Origin: Eledone cirrhosa | Lineage: Eukaryota | Direction of reading: 5' to 3' | Length of the DNA stretch: 64,000 bases | NCBI GenBank assembly: GCA_964016885.1 | Contig: OZ024753.1 | Coordinates: 3,100,001 to 3,164,000, forward strand | Part shown: positions 13,610-24,811 of the stretch, in pieces | Layout of the letters: each line of letters begins with the position of its first letter | Position numbering within the stretch: position 1 is the stretch's first letter | Translations under genes and position numbers: made by a program | The notes under the pieces: generated by a model | The model's database searches: none | The model's input: only the letters and a program-made list of their open reading frames with translations | What the model was told of the DNA's origin: nothing

Positions 13610-14365
13610 GTGAGTCTATATGAAGGTGTTTGTTGTACTGCCATTGCAATATTGGTGTATTCTAATGATTGAAGCAAGTGGGCGTTGTGTGCTGAAGATT
13701 TGCGTAGATTAGAAAGAAATGAAGCTTGCATGCTCTGATGGATGTTTAAAAGTAACGTGCGTGAACAGCGAAGCATAAACGAATTGAGAGAGAAATTAAG
13801 CACAAGAGGTATCAAATGTCTGGAGAGGAGATTACATTGGTATGGCCATGTGATGCATATGAAGGATGACAGCTGTATAAAAAAAGTGCAGACCAATGAA
13901 AATTGATGGAAGCTACAGAGTGTGTAGACAAGAAAAATCTTGCTCACTTGCACCTCTCCAAGACAATGACACTGGATCGAGATCTTTGGCACCATGCAGT
14001 TGTACAGAAGTCCTGCCTTCCCTTGCATACAAACCTACAGTCAGTAGGCACCTCTTAACCCAATATACACACCACCCCACATACCCTACACCATCCTCCC
14101 ATTTCCATCCATTGTGTCGATAACATAACAAAAAGCACCCGGTCCACACTGTAAGGTGGTCATCTAGGAAACATGGTAAAAAGGCTCCCAGTCCACACTG
14201 TAGAGGTGGTTGGTGTTAGGAAGGACATCCAGCCATAAAAAACCTGCCATAGACACTTCCGTACGAGCAAGACACGGTCTCCCAACCATTCCCACATCAA
14301 ATGGAACAAAACTGTCTAACCCTTGCTAGAGTGGAAGATGGATGTTAAACGATGATGATGATCAT
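13610..14365 (+). mobile_element. 5'-truncated, decayed RTE-clade LINE
   Basis: Similar to 16897-17646 (…AEDLRRLERNEACML…RLHWYGHVM) with stops, then a 3' UTR and (GAT)n tail. Confidence 0.85.
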
Positions 14366-15092
14366 GATATATATATATATACTCATGTACATAGATTAAT
14401 ACCTATATACACCCACCTACATATGTATGAATATATATCATCATCATAGGGATAATGATATATATATGTTTGTGTGTGTGTATCAGCTTCTTTTCATTTG
14501 ACAATGATTTCAAGTGAACATGTTACTTAAGATATATGGAAAATTTAGAGGTTACATTACTAAGAATTTCCCACTTTGTATGGCCAACATCTTATCAAAG
14601 ATTAACAATACGGTAGCACAATGAACAGTATTGGCTTTGTATGCTAAATTATAATTGCTTTACACATATCTTGACTAACAGACGGATTTTTTGTGGTAAA
14701 GATAATAAATAAATAAAATCAAAACTAATTTCTACAGTAAACCTCAGTTTAGAAGGAATGGATTCATCTTGCCCTCAAACTGAAGAAGAGAACAAAGATT
14801 TAATCTTTTGCCAAAAAAGCAGTCTTTTTACTCTTGATTCTATACATTTCTTAAGTTTTCTACTACAAAACTTACAATAGAGACAGAGTGAAAATCACAT
14901 AAGTGGTGGAAACTTGTGAGATAAGTCATCTGTTTCTCCAGTAAACAAAAGTAAAAAAATAAATAAATAAATAAAGAGAGAGAGATCTGTGTAAAACAGC
15001 TCATTCTGAATTGGTTCAATCTTTATAAATTGAAGCTTGAAGCTCAAATAGATAAACCAAAGAGAAATTTCAAAGCAATTCTTTGGTTATCC

Positions 15093-15094
<2 letters not shown>

Positions 15095-15123
<29 letters not shown>

Positions 15124-15235
15124 TGTATGTATGTATGTATGTATGTATGTATGTATGTATGTATGTATGTATGTATGTATGTATGTATGTATGTATGTAT
15201 GTATGTATGTATGTATGTATGTATGTATGTATGTA
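15095..15235. repeat. perfect (ATGT)n microsatellite
   Basis: About 35 uninterrupted units. A decaying ATGT/GT tract continues at 15845-16045. Confidence 0.95.
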
Positions 15236-15844
15236 TGTCAGGTCACCAGTTGGTGCTACTGGTAACATGTATCCCAGTACAACCTGTCCCATGGTCGGGT
15301 CGTTGGCGACTAAACTGGCAACCCCACCAAGGTTTCTCGGTGAGGAGGGTGACTTTGGACATCCTGCAGGACTAAAAACAAAACCTGTCAAAGGGCAAAG
15401 GAGCTCTTAAGAGTCAATGGCCATCCAAAATCACCAGGAGAGATGACCCCTTAGCCTTTGTCAAGGCAGAATTCTAGGAGAAGGAAAACTCTGATATAAC
15501 ACCTGCAACCCTGATGGTTTCCAATGATGTTGACTTGTTCTTCTTTTTGGTAAATATCATCTTGGTTAAGAGAGTGGGACTGGCCTTGTGCAGTGCCTTT
15601 GCTCACTATAAAAGCTTCACGGCACAGGCATTGCTTTATATCTGGAGATCTCTCTGCACTTGTCATCACATGGTACCATGGGCCCAGCACTATGTGTCAA
15701 TAATGGTCACAAGTGTAGTCTTTGTACCAGAGTTTTCAAGTCGCTGGCTGGACTAAAAAGTCACATTCGTTCAGCGCATCGGTAGGGGTTCTCCTACATG
15801 GATATAAAGTAGTGGCCGTACTCGAAAACGAGTTGGCAGCCACC
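15236..15844 (+). mobile_element. bipartite non-autonomous RTE-like element (5' module plus 3' end with C2H2 finger)
   Basis: 15236-15430 matches 22307-22500. 15714-15785 encodes CSLCTRVFKSLAGLKSHIRSAHR*. A terminal stem-loop GTGGCCGTACTCGAAAACGAGTTGGCAGCCAC precedes (ATGT)n. Confidence 0.7.
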
Positions 15845-16257
15845 ATGTATGTATGTATGTATGTATGTATGTATGTATGTATGTATGTATGTATGTATGT
15901 ATGTATGTGTGTATGTGTTTATATGTGTGTATGTGTGTGTATGTATGTATGTGTGTATGTATGTATGTATGTGTGTATGTGTTTATATGTGTGTATGTAT
16001 GTGTATGTATGTGTATGTATGTGTGTGTATGTGTGTGTGTGTATGCATATATGTAGCATTTATTTTCCATGCTTTTCATGGGTTAGTCGAGTTGTCATGT
16101 GATGAGGCTATTCAGCTCACCTGACCATGTCTTGCTCATACAGATCTATTTTTAGCTTGGTTTCTATGGTTGGATGCCCTTCCTAAAGCTAACTACATTA
16201 CATCATGTAATGGGATCTTTTGTGATGGCATGATCACCCACCACCACTTTAGAGGGT

Positions 16258-16570
16258 TGACTGGATGGTTTTTGTCATGGCACCAGCATGCTTACTTTTC
16301 AGATGAACTGGGTGCTTTTTGTCATGGCACCAGCATGCTTACTTTTCAGATGAACTGGGTGCTTTTTGTCATGGCACCAGCATGCTTACTTTTCAGATGA
16401 ACTGGGTGCTTTTTGTCATGGCACCAGCATGCTTACTTTTCAGATGAACTGGGTGCTTTTTGTCATGGCACCAGCATGCTTACTTTTCAGATGAACTGGG
16501 TGCTTTTTGTCATGGCACCAGCATGCTTACTTTTCAGATGAACTGGGTGCTTTTTGTCATGGCACCAGCA
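16258..16570 (-). repeat. 47-bp minisatellite (~6.5 copies) inside an RTE-type tail (about 16060-16570)
   Basis: Unit GAACTGGGTGCTTTTTGTCATGGCACCAGCATGCTTACTTTTCAGAT, with starts at 16305, 16352, 16399, 16446, 16493 and 16540. Confidence 0.95.
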
Positions 16571-16896
16571 CTGTGGGGAGCAGATGTAGTGCATGTCCAT
16601 CTTTACATGCATGCATAAGTTGGACAGTAAAGTGCACCGGGGTTGTGGACGGTGTGACAGAGGGTATATCCTCATTGTTGTATATAAAGTTACTTGAGAG
16701 TGTTTTTGTATTATGTAAGCTTGAGTTCTTGATATGTAAACATAGAAGGAATGTATATATCTTATATATATATATTTTATATATATATATTTTATATATA
16801 TATATTTTATATATATATATATATATTTTATATATATTTTATATATATATATATATATTTTATATATATTTTATATATATATATTTTATATATATA

Positions 16897-17646
16897 AAGG
16901 CAGACTGTATGATGCGTGTATCCGAACAGCAATGTTACATGGTAGTGAGACCTGGGCGCTGAAGGTGGAAGACCTACGTAGATTAGAGAGAAACGAAGCC
17001 TGCATGCTCCGATGGATGTGTAACAGTAATATACGTGAACGACAAAGCATAAATGAATTGAGAGAGAGACTGAGCATAAGAGGAATCAAATGCTGCGTGC
17101 AGGAGAGGCGGTTACGCTGGTATGGACATGTGATGCGTATGAAGGATGACAGCTGCATAAAAAGGTGCAGAGCACTAGAAGTTGATGGAAACCGCGGAGT
17201 GGGGAGACCCAAGATGACTTGGGATGAGGTGATAAAAGCCGACCTTACCCAACTACACCTCTCAAAGTCAATGACACACGACCGTGACTTCTGGCGTCAC
17301 GCAGTAATACAGGGTACCCGACCTCCCATGGGTACATGCTGAAGCATATAAACAATATGCCCCCCCCCCCCCACCGCAAGGTGGTCGTGGAGGTGCCACG
17401 GCAAAAAAGCACCCAGCCCACACTGTAAAGTGGACGTGTAGGCGCCACGAAAAAGCACCCAGCACTCACTGTAAATGAGGTTGGTGTTAGGAAGGGCATC
17501 CAGCTGTAGAAATCAAGCCAGATCAGTTCCTGTATGAGCAAGGCATGGTCAGCCGACCAGACACTGCCCACAACAGGACAACCCGTCTAACCCATGCTAG
17601 CGTGGAAGAACGGACGTAAAACGGTGATGATGATGATGATGATGAT
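16897..17646 (+). mobile_element. 5'-truncated RTE-clade LINE (ORF C-terminus 16932-17342 plus 3' UTR)
   Basis: The ORF has HGSETW, RRLRWYGHVMRM, GRPKMTW and DRDFWR, all RTE C-terminal motifs, followed by a (GAT)n tail. Both flanks are a TATATATATTT-type repeat. Confidence 0.9.
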
Positions 17647-18035
17647 ATTTTATATATATATATATTTTATATATATATATTTTATATATATATATTTTAT
17701 ATATATATATTTTATATATATATATTTTATATATATATATTTTATATATATATATTTTATATATATATATTTTATATATATATATATTTTATATATATAT
17801 ATTTTATATATATATATTTTATATATGTAATCCTAAGAAGAACTCATGATCAGACTTGACAAGATGCATTTTCTGATAATGAAAAACATGTGATTTCTAG
17901 AAATACCTATAAACCAAGGATGTTTTTTGATGTAATACTAATACCATGTATTAATGTTTATAAAGATAGATTCTTAAGTAAGTAACTCATTACAATCTCT
18001 TTTTCTCTTTCTCTCTCTCTCTCTATATATATAAG

Positions 18036-18360
18036 TTTATCCTGGGTTCAATCAGGGGTAACCACAGTAAGTAACGTACTCAATACACAGCAGAGTATAA
18101 ATATTTAATATAGAAATGGCTTCTACAAGACTAGAACTGTTTCATTCGGGAGAAATCATCAGGAAGCCAACTGATCAAGTCGAGATCGAGTTTGGTCAGC
18201 ATAGTTTCTTGGTGATGGTTTTGAGGGGCACAGTAAGTGCTAAAAGATAAATTTATCCTGGGTTCAATTGGGGGTAACCACAGTAAGTAAGGTAGTCAAT
18301 ACATAGCAGAGTATAAATATTTAATATAGAAATGGCTTCTACAGGACTAGAATTGTTTCA
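18036..18360 (-). mobile_element. 1.5-mer tandem mini-element (216-bp period) with a hammerhead; Penelope pLTR/retrozyme-like
   Basis: 18036-18144 is repeated at 18252-18360, with (TA)n on both sides. Confidence 0.75.
18117..18169 (-). ncRNA. type I hammerhead ribozyme motif
   Basis: The minus strand reads TGGCTTC-CTGATGA-TTTCTCCCGAAT-GAAAC-AGTTCTAGTCTT-GTA-GAAGCCA: a perfect 7-bp stem I, an intact core and a GUA cleavage triplet. Confidence 0.8.
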
Positions 18361-18882
18361 ATATATATATATATATATAAGTATTGTATATTGAATAATA
18401 CAAACATATATAATATATATGTGTGTGTGTGTGTGTGTATATTTGAGGAACTACTGACTGCAGTTTGCTTAAATTATTGTGTATATGAAAAGTGGGTACA
18501 TTTTAGATGCAGTTACAATAAGAATAGCGTTGTAAATATTGTGGCATTAAACTTGGATGAGAAAGGGAAGGAAAAGGGAAAAACGTGGGGAACCAAAGAT
18601 AATGTTAACTTGGTAATATATATTATTTCCAATATTTTTCAAGTATACCTTCTATTTTCAAGGGATCTGTTGAGGACCTTGAAGAGTAACAGAGAGGCCC
18701 CTGTGTGGCTTGTGTTAAAGTTACAACTTCATTGTAGCAACTTCTGAATTCTATTTACACACACAGACACATATATGTGCGTGCATGTATGTATGTATAT
18801 ATACATGTATATATGCATACATATTTACACATAGATATATACGCACACACAGACACACACATACACACACATATGTATATAG

Positions 18883-18915
<33 letters not shown>

Positions 18916-20375
18916 CACTCAAATTGACATCAGAAATTTCCCACAGCAGCTCTTAGGAAATGTGTATCAGTACTTCAGTAAATATTTATATTCTACAATC
19001 CTCGCCTTCTATACATTAAGTAATACCTTCTAAATCACAAAAACAATGCAGAAATCATCTCTCTGAAGGCTATCTGATACTGCATTTCATTTTTTTCTGA
19101 ATGCGATCTTCTATCTTGAAGTAGTGACCCTTTAAATTCAATGTTTTATGGTGATATATAATAGTTTCACAGAAAGGAGGAGGATAGGGTAAGAAAATAC
19201 AGAAATATAAGAATGTTCACTAATTTTTCTGTCAAAAATTGTGATGAATGTTCAAATATAAAGTGATTATCTTCTGGTGGCATAAGTGATTTGTATTGAT
19301 TACAGTATATAGAATCAAATTTCATATACATTATGTCTTAAATTGTAAATAAATATGAAGACTGTGAGGTTTGAAAGCCACTACAATGCAGTTGCAGTGA
19401 AAATATCCAGGTATCAAGATTGAGAGGAGAGAAGTAATTCTGTGTTATGTGATGAATAAAATGAAGAACAAGAGAAACCAGAGATGATGTTACCTTTCAA
19501 TTTATTGTACCTATATTTCAAACATTTCGTCTTTTATCAGGGTTATGTCAAAGAAACTCTGGCAGAAATGTTTGTTAGGCTGGTGTTTGTTTCGCCTTTG
19601 CTATTTAACAGTCAGAAGTAAACATATTTGGAAATAAATGTGTGTGTATGCTTAAATAAGCATGGATTTAACCTAACTGTACAAATATACCTCTGGAATC
19701 TTTCTGAAGAAATGAAGAGCAACTCAACTAGATTCTGTAGTCTGCCATGATAAAATTTGTTTTTCATCGCTTCAGTTTCATTAAAATTGCCTCCAGTTCA
19801 AGACTGGGGGTAATTTTTCTACCTTTTCTTAGGAAATACTGTGCTGTGTTCAAACCTGGAATGAGATAGACTCTCCCAGATTTAAACTACCCAAGACATT
19901 CTGTCTATTATTACTCTGTCACTAACTCCACAAGGAGTTGAGACCCCATGGCATTGGCAATTAGATTCACCTGGTGACTACTATCTCTTTAAGAAAGTTC
20001 CTTTCATTCAAGCTACATTACAAGATAGTAGTTGGCAACAACTTAAGAAAAAGTCTGACGAGTAACAGACATTTCTTTTGCCAATTTTCATATCAGTACA
20101 TTCATTTCATTTTCATATAAATTAACTAATGTGCCAGTAAGTAAACTGTTTGTGAATGAGTTGCAAATATACAAATACCTAATCTTGCTGTACACACAGA
20201 CACTTATTCATAAATATATATAATACTATGTGTGTTTGATGTAAATACCATGTGTGTTTGATGTAAATATATATTTCCAGATTGTAAGAAATTACAAAAT
20301 AGTTAGTATCAGGAGTACATCTATTTGTCTCTAAAACATTGCATCAAAATGTCCAGCCCATGAATGATAATGATG

Positions 20376-20426
<51 letters not shown>

Positions 20427-20553
20427 AACATATTCCCATATATATATATATACACACACAAACATATTCCCATATATATACACACAAACATATTCCCATA
20501 TATATACATACACACAAACATATTCCCATATATATATATATATTATATATATA

Positions 20554-20892
20554 GAGTTATAAACTCAAATAGTCTTTTACAATTAAATAGCTCAAAGAAA
20601 GGAATATTTGTGAGCCGTGTAATACAAATGAATACATGATAGGGATAAACACTGATACAACTATACATGTGTTCGCATTGCAAATGACTAAGTTAGCTAG
20701 ATTGAAAAATACTAATTAAAATAATACGGTTTGCCTGTCTTGATTTAAAATATTGATTTATTATTTTAAATCGAGACAGACAAACCGTATTATTTTAATT
20801 AGTATTTTTCAATCTAGCTAACTTGGTCATTTGCAATGCGAACACATGTATAGTTGTATCAGTGTTTATCCCTATCATATATTCATTTGTAT
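20554..20892 (-). mobile_element. foldback mini-element (131-bp inverted arms plus hairpin tail)
   Basis: Arms at 20622-20752 and 20762-20892 with about 4 mismatches. The tail 20554-20621 is similar to 26478-26550. (TA)n flanks. Confidence 0.75.
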
Positions 20893-20893
20893 A

Positions 20894-20931
<38 letters not shown>

Positions 20932-21271
20932 CAACATCATCATCACATATATAGATATATATACAGTTTTAATATTAATGTTAATTGAATGTCAGTGTTA
21001 TCACTGTGATCAACAAAGTATGGAGCAAGCAGGCTTAAGTACTCCACGTCAATTTTACCTATGTAAGACCTGGTATCACATCGACTAGTATCTCATAGAG
21101 TTTAAGGATAAGTATGTAAATAAATATGAAGACATGGTTCCACATTTCCAAACATCAATTTATTTTATAAAGACTTAAGTACATTTCAAGCCAGGCAAGA
21201 TGATCACAACTTGCTCTTGCAGAACTGATTCTGGCTTGGTTTTTATGGCTGGATGCCCTTCCTATCATAAT

Positions 21272-21465
21272 GTTGTGGGTTTGATTCCTGGGTTGTGTGT
21301 TGTGTTCTTGAGAAAAACACTTCATTTCACGTTGCTCTAGTACACTCAGCTGAAAATGAATACCAGCAGTAGCTGGGGGTTTCTGCGATGGACTGCGCCC
21401 TGTCCAGTGGGAGTCTTGTACTCCCAGTCGCTTCACGCAATGAAACTGGGATAAGCACTGGCCAA
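21272..21465 (+). mobile_element. partial CORE-like SINE
   Basis: B-box remnant GTTTGATTCC followed by GTGTTCTTGAGAAAAACACTTCATTTCACGTTGCTC. Confidence 0.7.
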
Positions 21466-21537
21466 CTTTATTTTAGATATATATATATATATAATTGTAA
21501 AAGACTATTTTGAGTTTATAACTCGATATATATATAT

Positions 21538-21866
21538 ATATCAACTAGAAATAGATTGACATATATATATATATATATATAAAATAAACATATGAAACAA
21601 TCATAGGGAATAATTTGTAATGTTTAATCATTTTAAAAGGTATCTATATTTGAAGTTCTAGTTAAACTTTAATTGGTTACCTACCTAGCTATGTGTGCTT
21701 ACATTCTTTATAAATTATTCCCTGTGATTGTTTCATATGTTTATTTTATATATATATATATGTCAATCTATTTCTAGTTGATATGTAATGCTCAAATCTA
21801 TTCATTGGAATCGTTGAGCTTATTCTACAGTGGATATGGCGCATGTCTCTCAGACATGACAACCCT
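21538..21866 (+). mobile_element. foldback mini-element (~80-bp arms, ~90-bp spacer, hairpin tail)
   Basis: Arms at 21538-21620 and 21708-21784. The tail has GCTCAA...TTGAGC and CATGTCT-CTC-AGACATG hairpins. Confidence 0.65.
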
Positions 21867-21923
21867 TAATTTTAATTTTGAATATATATATTTGAATATA
21901 TATATATATATATATAATTATAA

Positions 21924-22112
21924 ATGTTTCTACTTTTGGCACAAGGCCAGCAATTATCCCAGTGTATTACTGGTACTTTATTTTATCGACCCCGTAAGGA
22001 TGAAAGGCAAAGTTAACCTCGGCGGGATTTGAACTCAGTCCGTAAAGAGACGTAACTGTGCTGCTAAGCATGGCGTCCGACCCTCTACCGATACTGCCAA
22101 TATCTGGCTATA

Positions 22113-22156
<44 letters not shown>

Positions 22157-22218
22157 TAATTGTTTCTACTTTAGGCACAAGGCCAGCAATTACCCAGAGT
22201 GCATTACTGGTACTTTAT
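21924..22218 (-). mobile_element. Meta-domain-like SINE plus an adjacent 3' fragment in tandem
   Basis: A full copy at 21924-22105 and a tail fragment at 22158-22218, each next to TATATAATTATA. Confidence 0.85.
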
Positions 22219-22303
22219 TATATATATATAATTATAATGATAAGGAACGAGGATTCAGTGTTGCATCATACCATATTTAATAACATATTACATATGTTTC
22301 TCT

Positions 22304-24811
22304 TTTTGTCAGGTCACTCTTGAGTGCTACTCGTAACATGTAAACCAGTACAACCTGTCACATGGTCAGGTCGTCGGCGACTAAACTGGCAACCCCACTA
22401 AGTTTACTTGGTGAGGAACAGGATTTTGGACACCCTGCAAGACAAAAAACAAAACCTGACAAAGGGCGGAAGAACTGATAAGAGTCAAAGGCCATCCAAA
22501 AATGCGTAAATATGTATATACACATGTACATATGTATGTGTATGTATAAACGTGTGTATATATGCCTGGGGTGTCAGGGAGGGGCATGTACCTCTGTAGG
22601 TGGGGATAGCCATGCCCTTTTCAGGACGGTTCATCCTGCATTGGGTCCCACCTGACACTCAGCTTTCACCTGTGGCCCCAAGAAGCTGTAGCATGCGACA
22701 GCGGCCACACCCTGGTAAACCGCCTTGGCTGGCGGGCCCAACCAGGCTGAGGGTAGCCGGACGGGTCTGAAACCCCCGGTAAGTTAGATAGGGGGTGCCT
22801 GCCCCTGCATGAGAAGACTGGACCTGGCGGAGTGAGTGGAGGAGGACAACATCATCCCAACAGTCACGAAGGCGGCGACAGCAAATGGTGTGGAGCGCTA
22901 GGGCACAGCAAGGCACTACAGATGTCGTGACCATCCACTGTAGCCAAGGAAGTCCCTGGTCGTGACGGTCCTCCATACCACCGGATTCTGGCTTCTGCGG
23001 CCGAGTGAGTGGGACCGTCACTGTGCACTGGCCCTCACACTATAAATCTTTCCAGCACTCCCAAAGCCCTGCAGCAATGGGGGAGAGGCGGAGGTAACAG
23101 GTGGAAGTAACCTCTGGGAGTTGCCAGTCCCAAACACACACATGGGTGGTCTGGATACGCAAGTCGTTCTCCTCCTGACCCTGGGATGACAGAGAAGATC
23201 AGGCATTCCACCAGGCGACTAAGTAGCTCTTTTCAGGGGAGCACTGCTCACCCTCACACGAGGGGAGGGGCGATAAAAGGAGCCTTAACCAAATGCTCAT
23301 CCTGCACAAAGCCGGCCAGTCTACCACGGCTGGCGGTTTTACCCTTGCAAGCGGTCGAAACCAACATAAGAGAGAGAAGAACTTGATTCTTGGCGCACGG
23401 AATGTGCGCACCCTCATGGATAGGGAAACCTTGAGGCCAGAGAGAAGAACTGCCCTCATAGCAAGGGAATTAGATCGCTACCGGATTGACATAGCCGCCC
23501 TCAGCGAGACTAGACTCGCTGAAGAAGAATCAGTAACAGAACCGAAAGGAGGCTACACCTTCTTCTGGAAGGGCAATGCAAAGGACAAGGACAGAATCCA
23601 CGGGGTAGGCCTGGCCATCAGGACTTCACTCTGCAAGCAGCTACCAGACCTCCCAACACCTGTGAGTGAACGGCTGATGAAGCCCCGCTTCCCCCTCGAC
23701 CCATCTTGGCATGTCACAGTCATCAGCGCATACGCCCACACTCTGACCAGCAACGATGAAGCAAAGGATGCTTTCTACGGGGAACTCAACGCACTCGTGA
23801 AGGGCGTCGCCCCAAGCGATGAACTCATCCTACCGGGGGACTTCAACACAAGAGTCGGCTCTGACAACAACAACTGGTGAGGCATGCTGGGACCTCATGG
23901 CACAGGGAAGCTGAACTCTAACCGCCACATACTGTTGAGTTTCTGCGCCGAGAATGACCGCACCATCACCAGCACACTGTTCCGCCAGGCAGACACGTTC
24001 AAGATAACATGGATGCACCCCATATCCAAACAGTGGCATCTGATTGACCTTGCCATATGCTGCAGGAGGGACATCCGTGATGTCAGAATCACCAGGGCCA
24101 TGCGTGGTGCAGAGTATTGGACCGATCATCGCCTTGTCAGGACCATCCTGTCACTGCACATCACCCCGACGCCGCATCGCAAGACCCCGAAAGTCTGTAG
24201 GCCAGCCTTCGACATCGCACGACTCAAGCAGCCAGAGCATCGTGATGTGTTTTCGGAAGACCTGGACGGTCGGCTGACTGCCCATGGACCACTGACTGGA
24301 CCCCCAACTCAACAGTGGGACCAGTTCATGGCTGGAATAACCAGCGAAGCTATGATACTGAAGAGTTGACTTTGATGGGTGGGACATGTCATCCGGATGG
24401 ACGATCACAGGCTTCCGAAGCAACTGATGTATAGGGAACTCTGTTCGAGGAAACAAAAGCGGGGCAGGCCTCTCAAGAGGTTCAGAGACTGCGTGAAGTC
24501 CAGTATCAACAACACTGGAATCGCACCAAAACAACTCGAGTCCCATGCTCAGGACAGGACTGAGTGGCGAGCCCTTACCAGACGCGCCAAAGACTCTTTT
24601 GAAGAGAAGAGACGGGCAGAGGTCACTGAGGCCAGTGAAAGGAGGAGAAAGGCATCAACAGTTGCCCCAAGCGACTCCGGTCTCTTCCCCTGCCCCCACT
24701 GTCCCCGGACCTGCAAGTCAAGGATCGGCCTCCACAGCCACCTTCGTGCCCATGGCAGACGGGAACTAAAATAAAAAGGATGTCATCATCGTTTACGATG
24801 GACAACCAAGG
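22304..24811 (+). mobile_element. TSD-flanked chimeric RTE-clade element with the RT domain deleted
   Basis: A 14-bp direct repeat ACATATGTTTCTCT lies at 22290-22303 and 24812-24825. The body is GC-rich, with a 3' stem-loop GTCATCATCGTTTACGATGGAC. Confidence 0.9.
23293..24774 (+). pseudogene. RTE ORF remnant: APE endonuclease fused in frame to the C-terminal region with a CCHH zinc finger
   Basis: ORFs 23293, 23884 and 24379 share one frame. Motifs: NVRTL, IDIAALSETR, HGVGLAI, GDFN, TDH (APE), then WVGHVIRMDDHRLPK, GRPLKRFRD and CPHCPRTCKSRIGLHSHLRAH. Stops at 23878, 24367 and 24373. No YADD. The deletion junction is near 24327. Confidence 0.92.

Noticed and set aside
15714-15785. C2H2 zinc finger as a host ZNF gene exon
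   Set aside because: It is a single finger followed by a stop, a stem-loop and a microsatellite tail, as in RTE C-termini, with no TGEKP-type linker.
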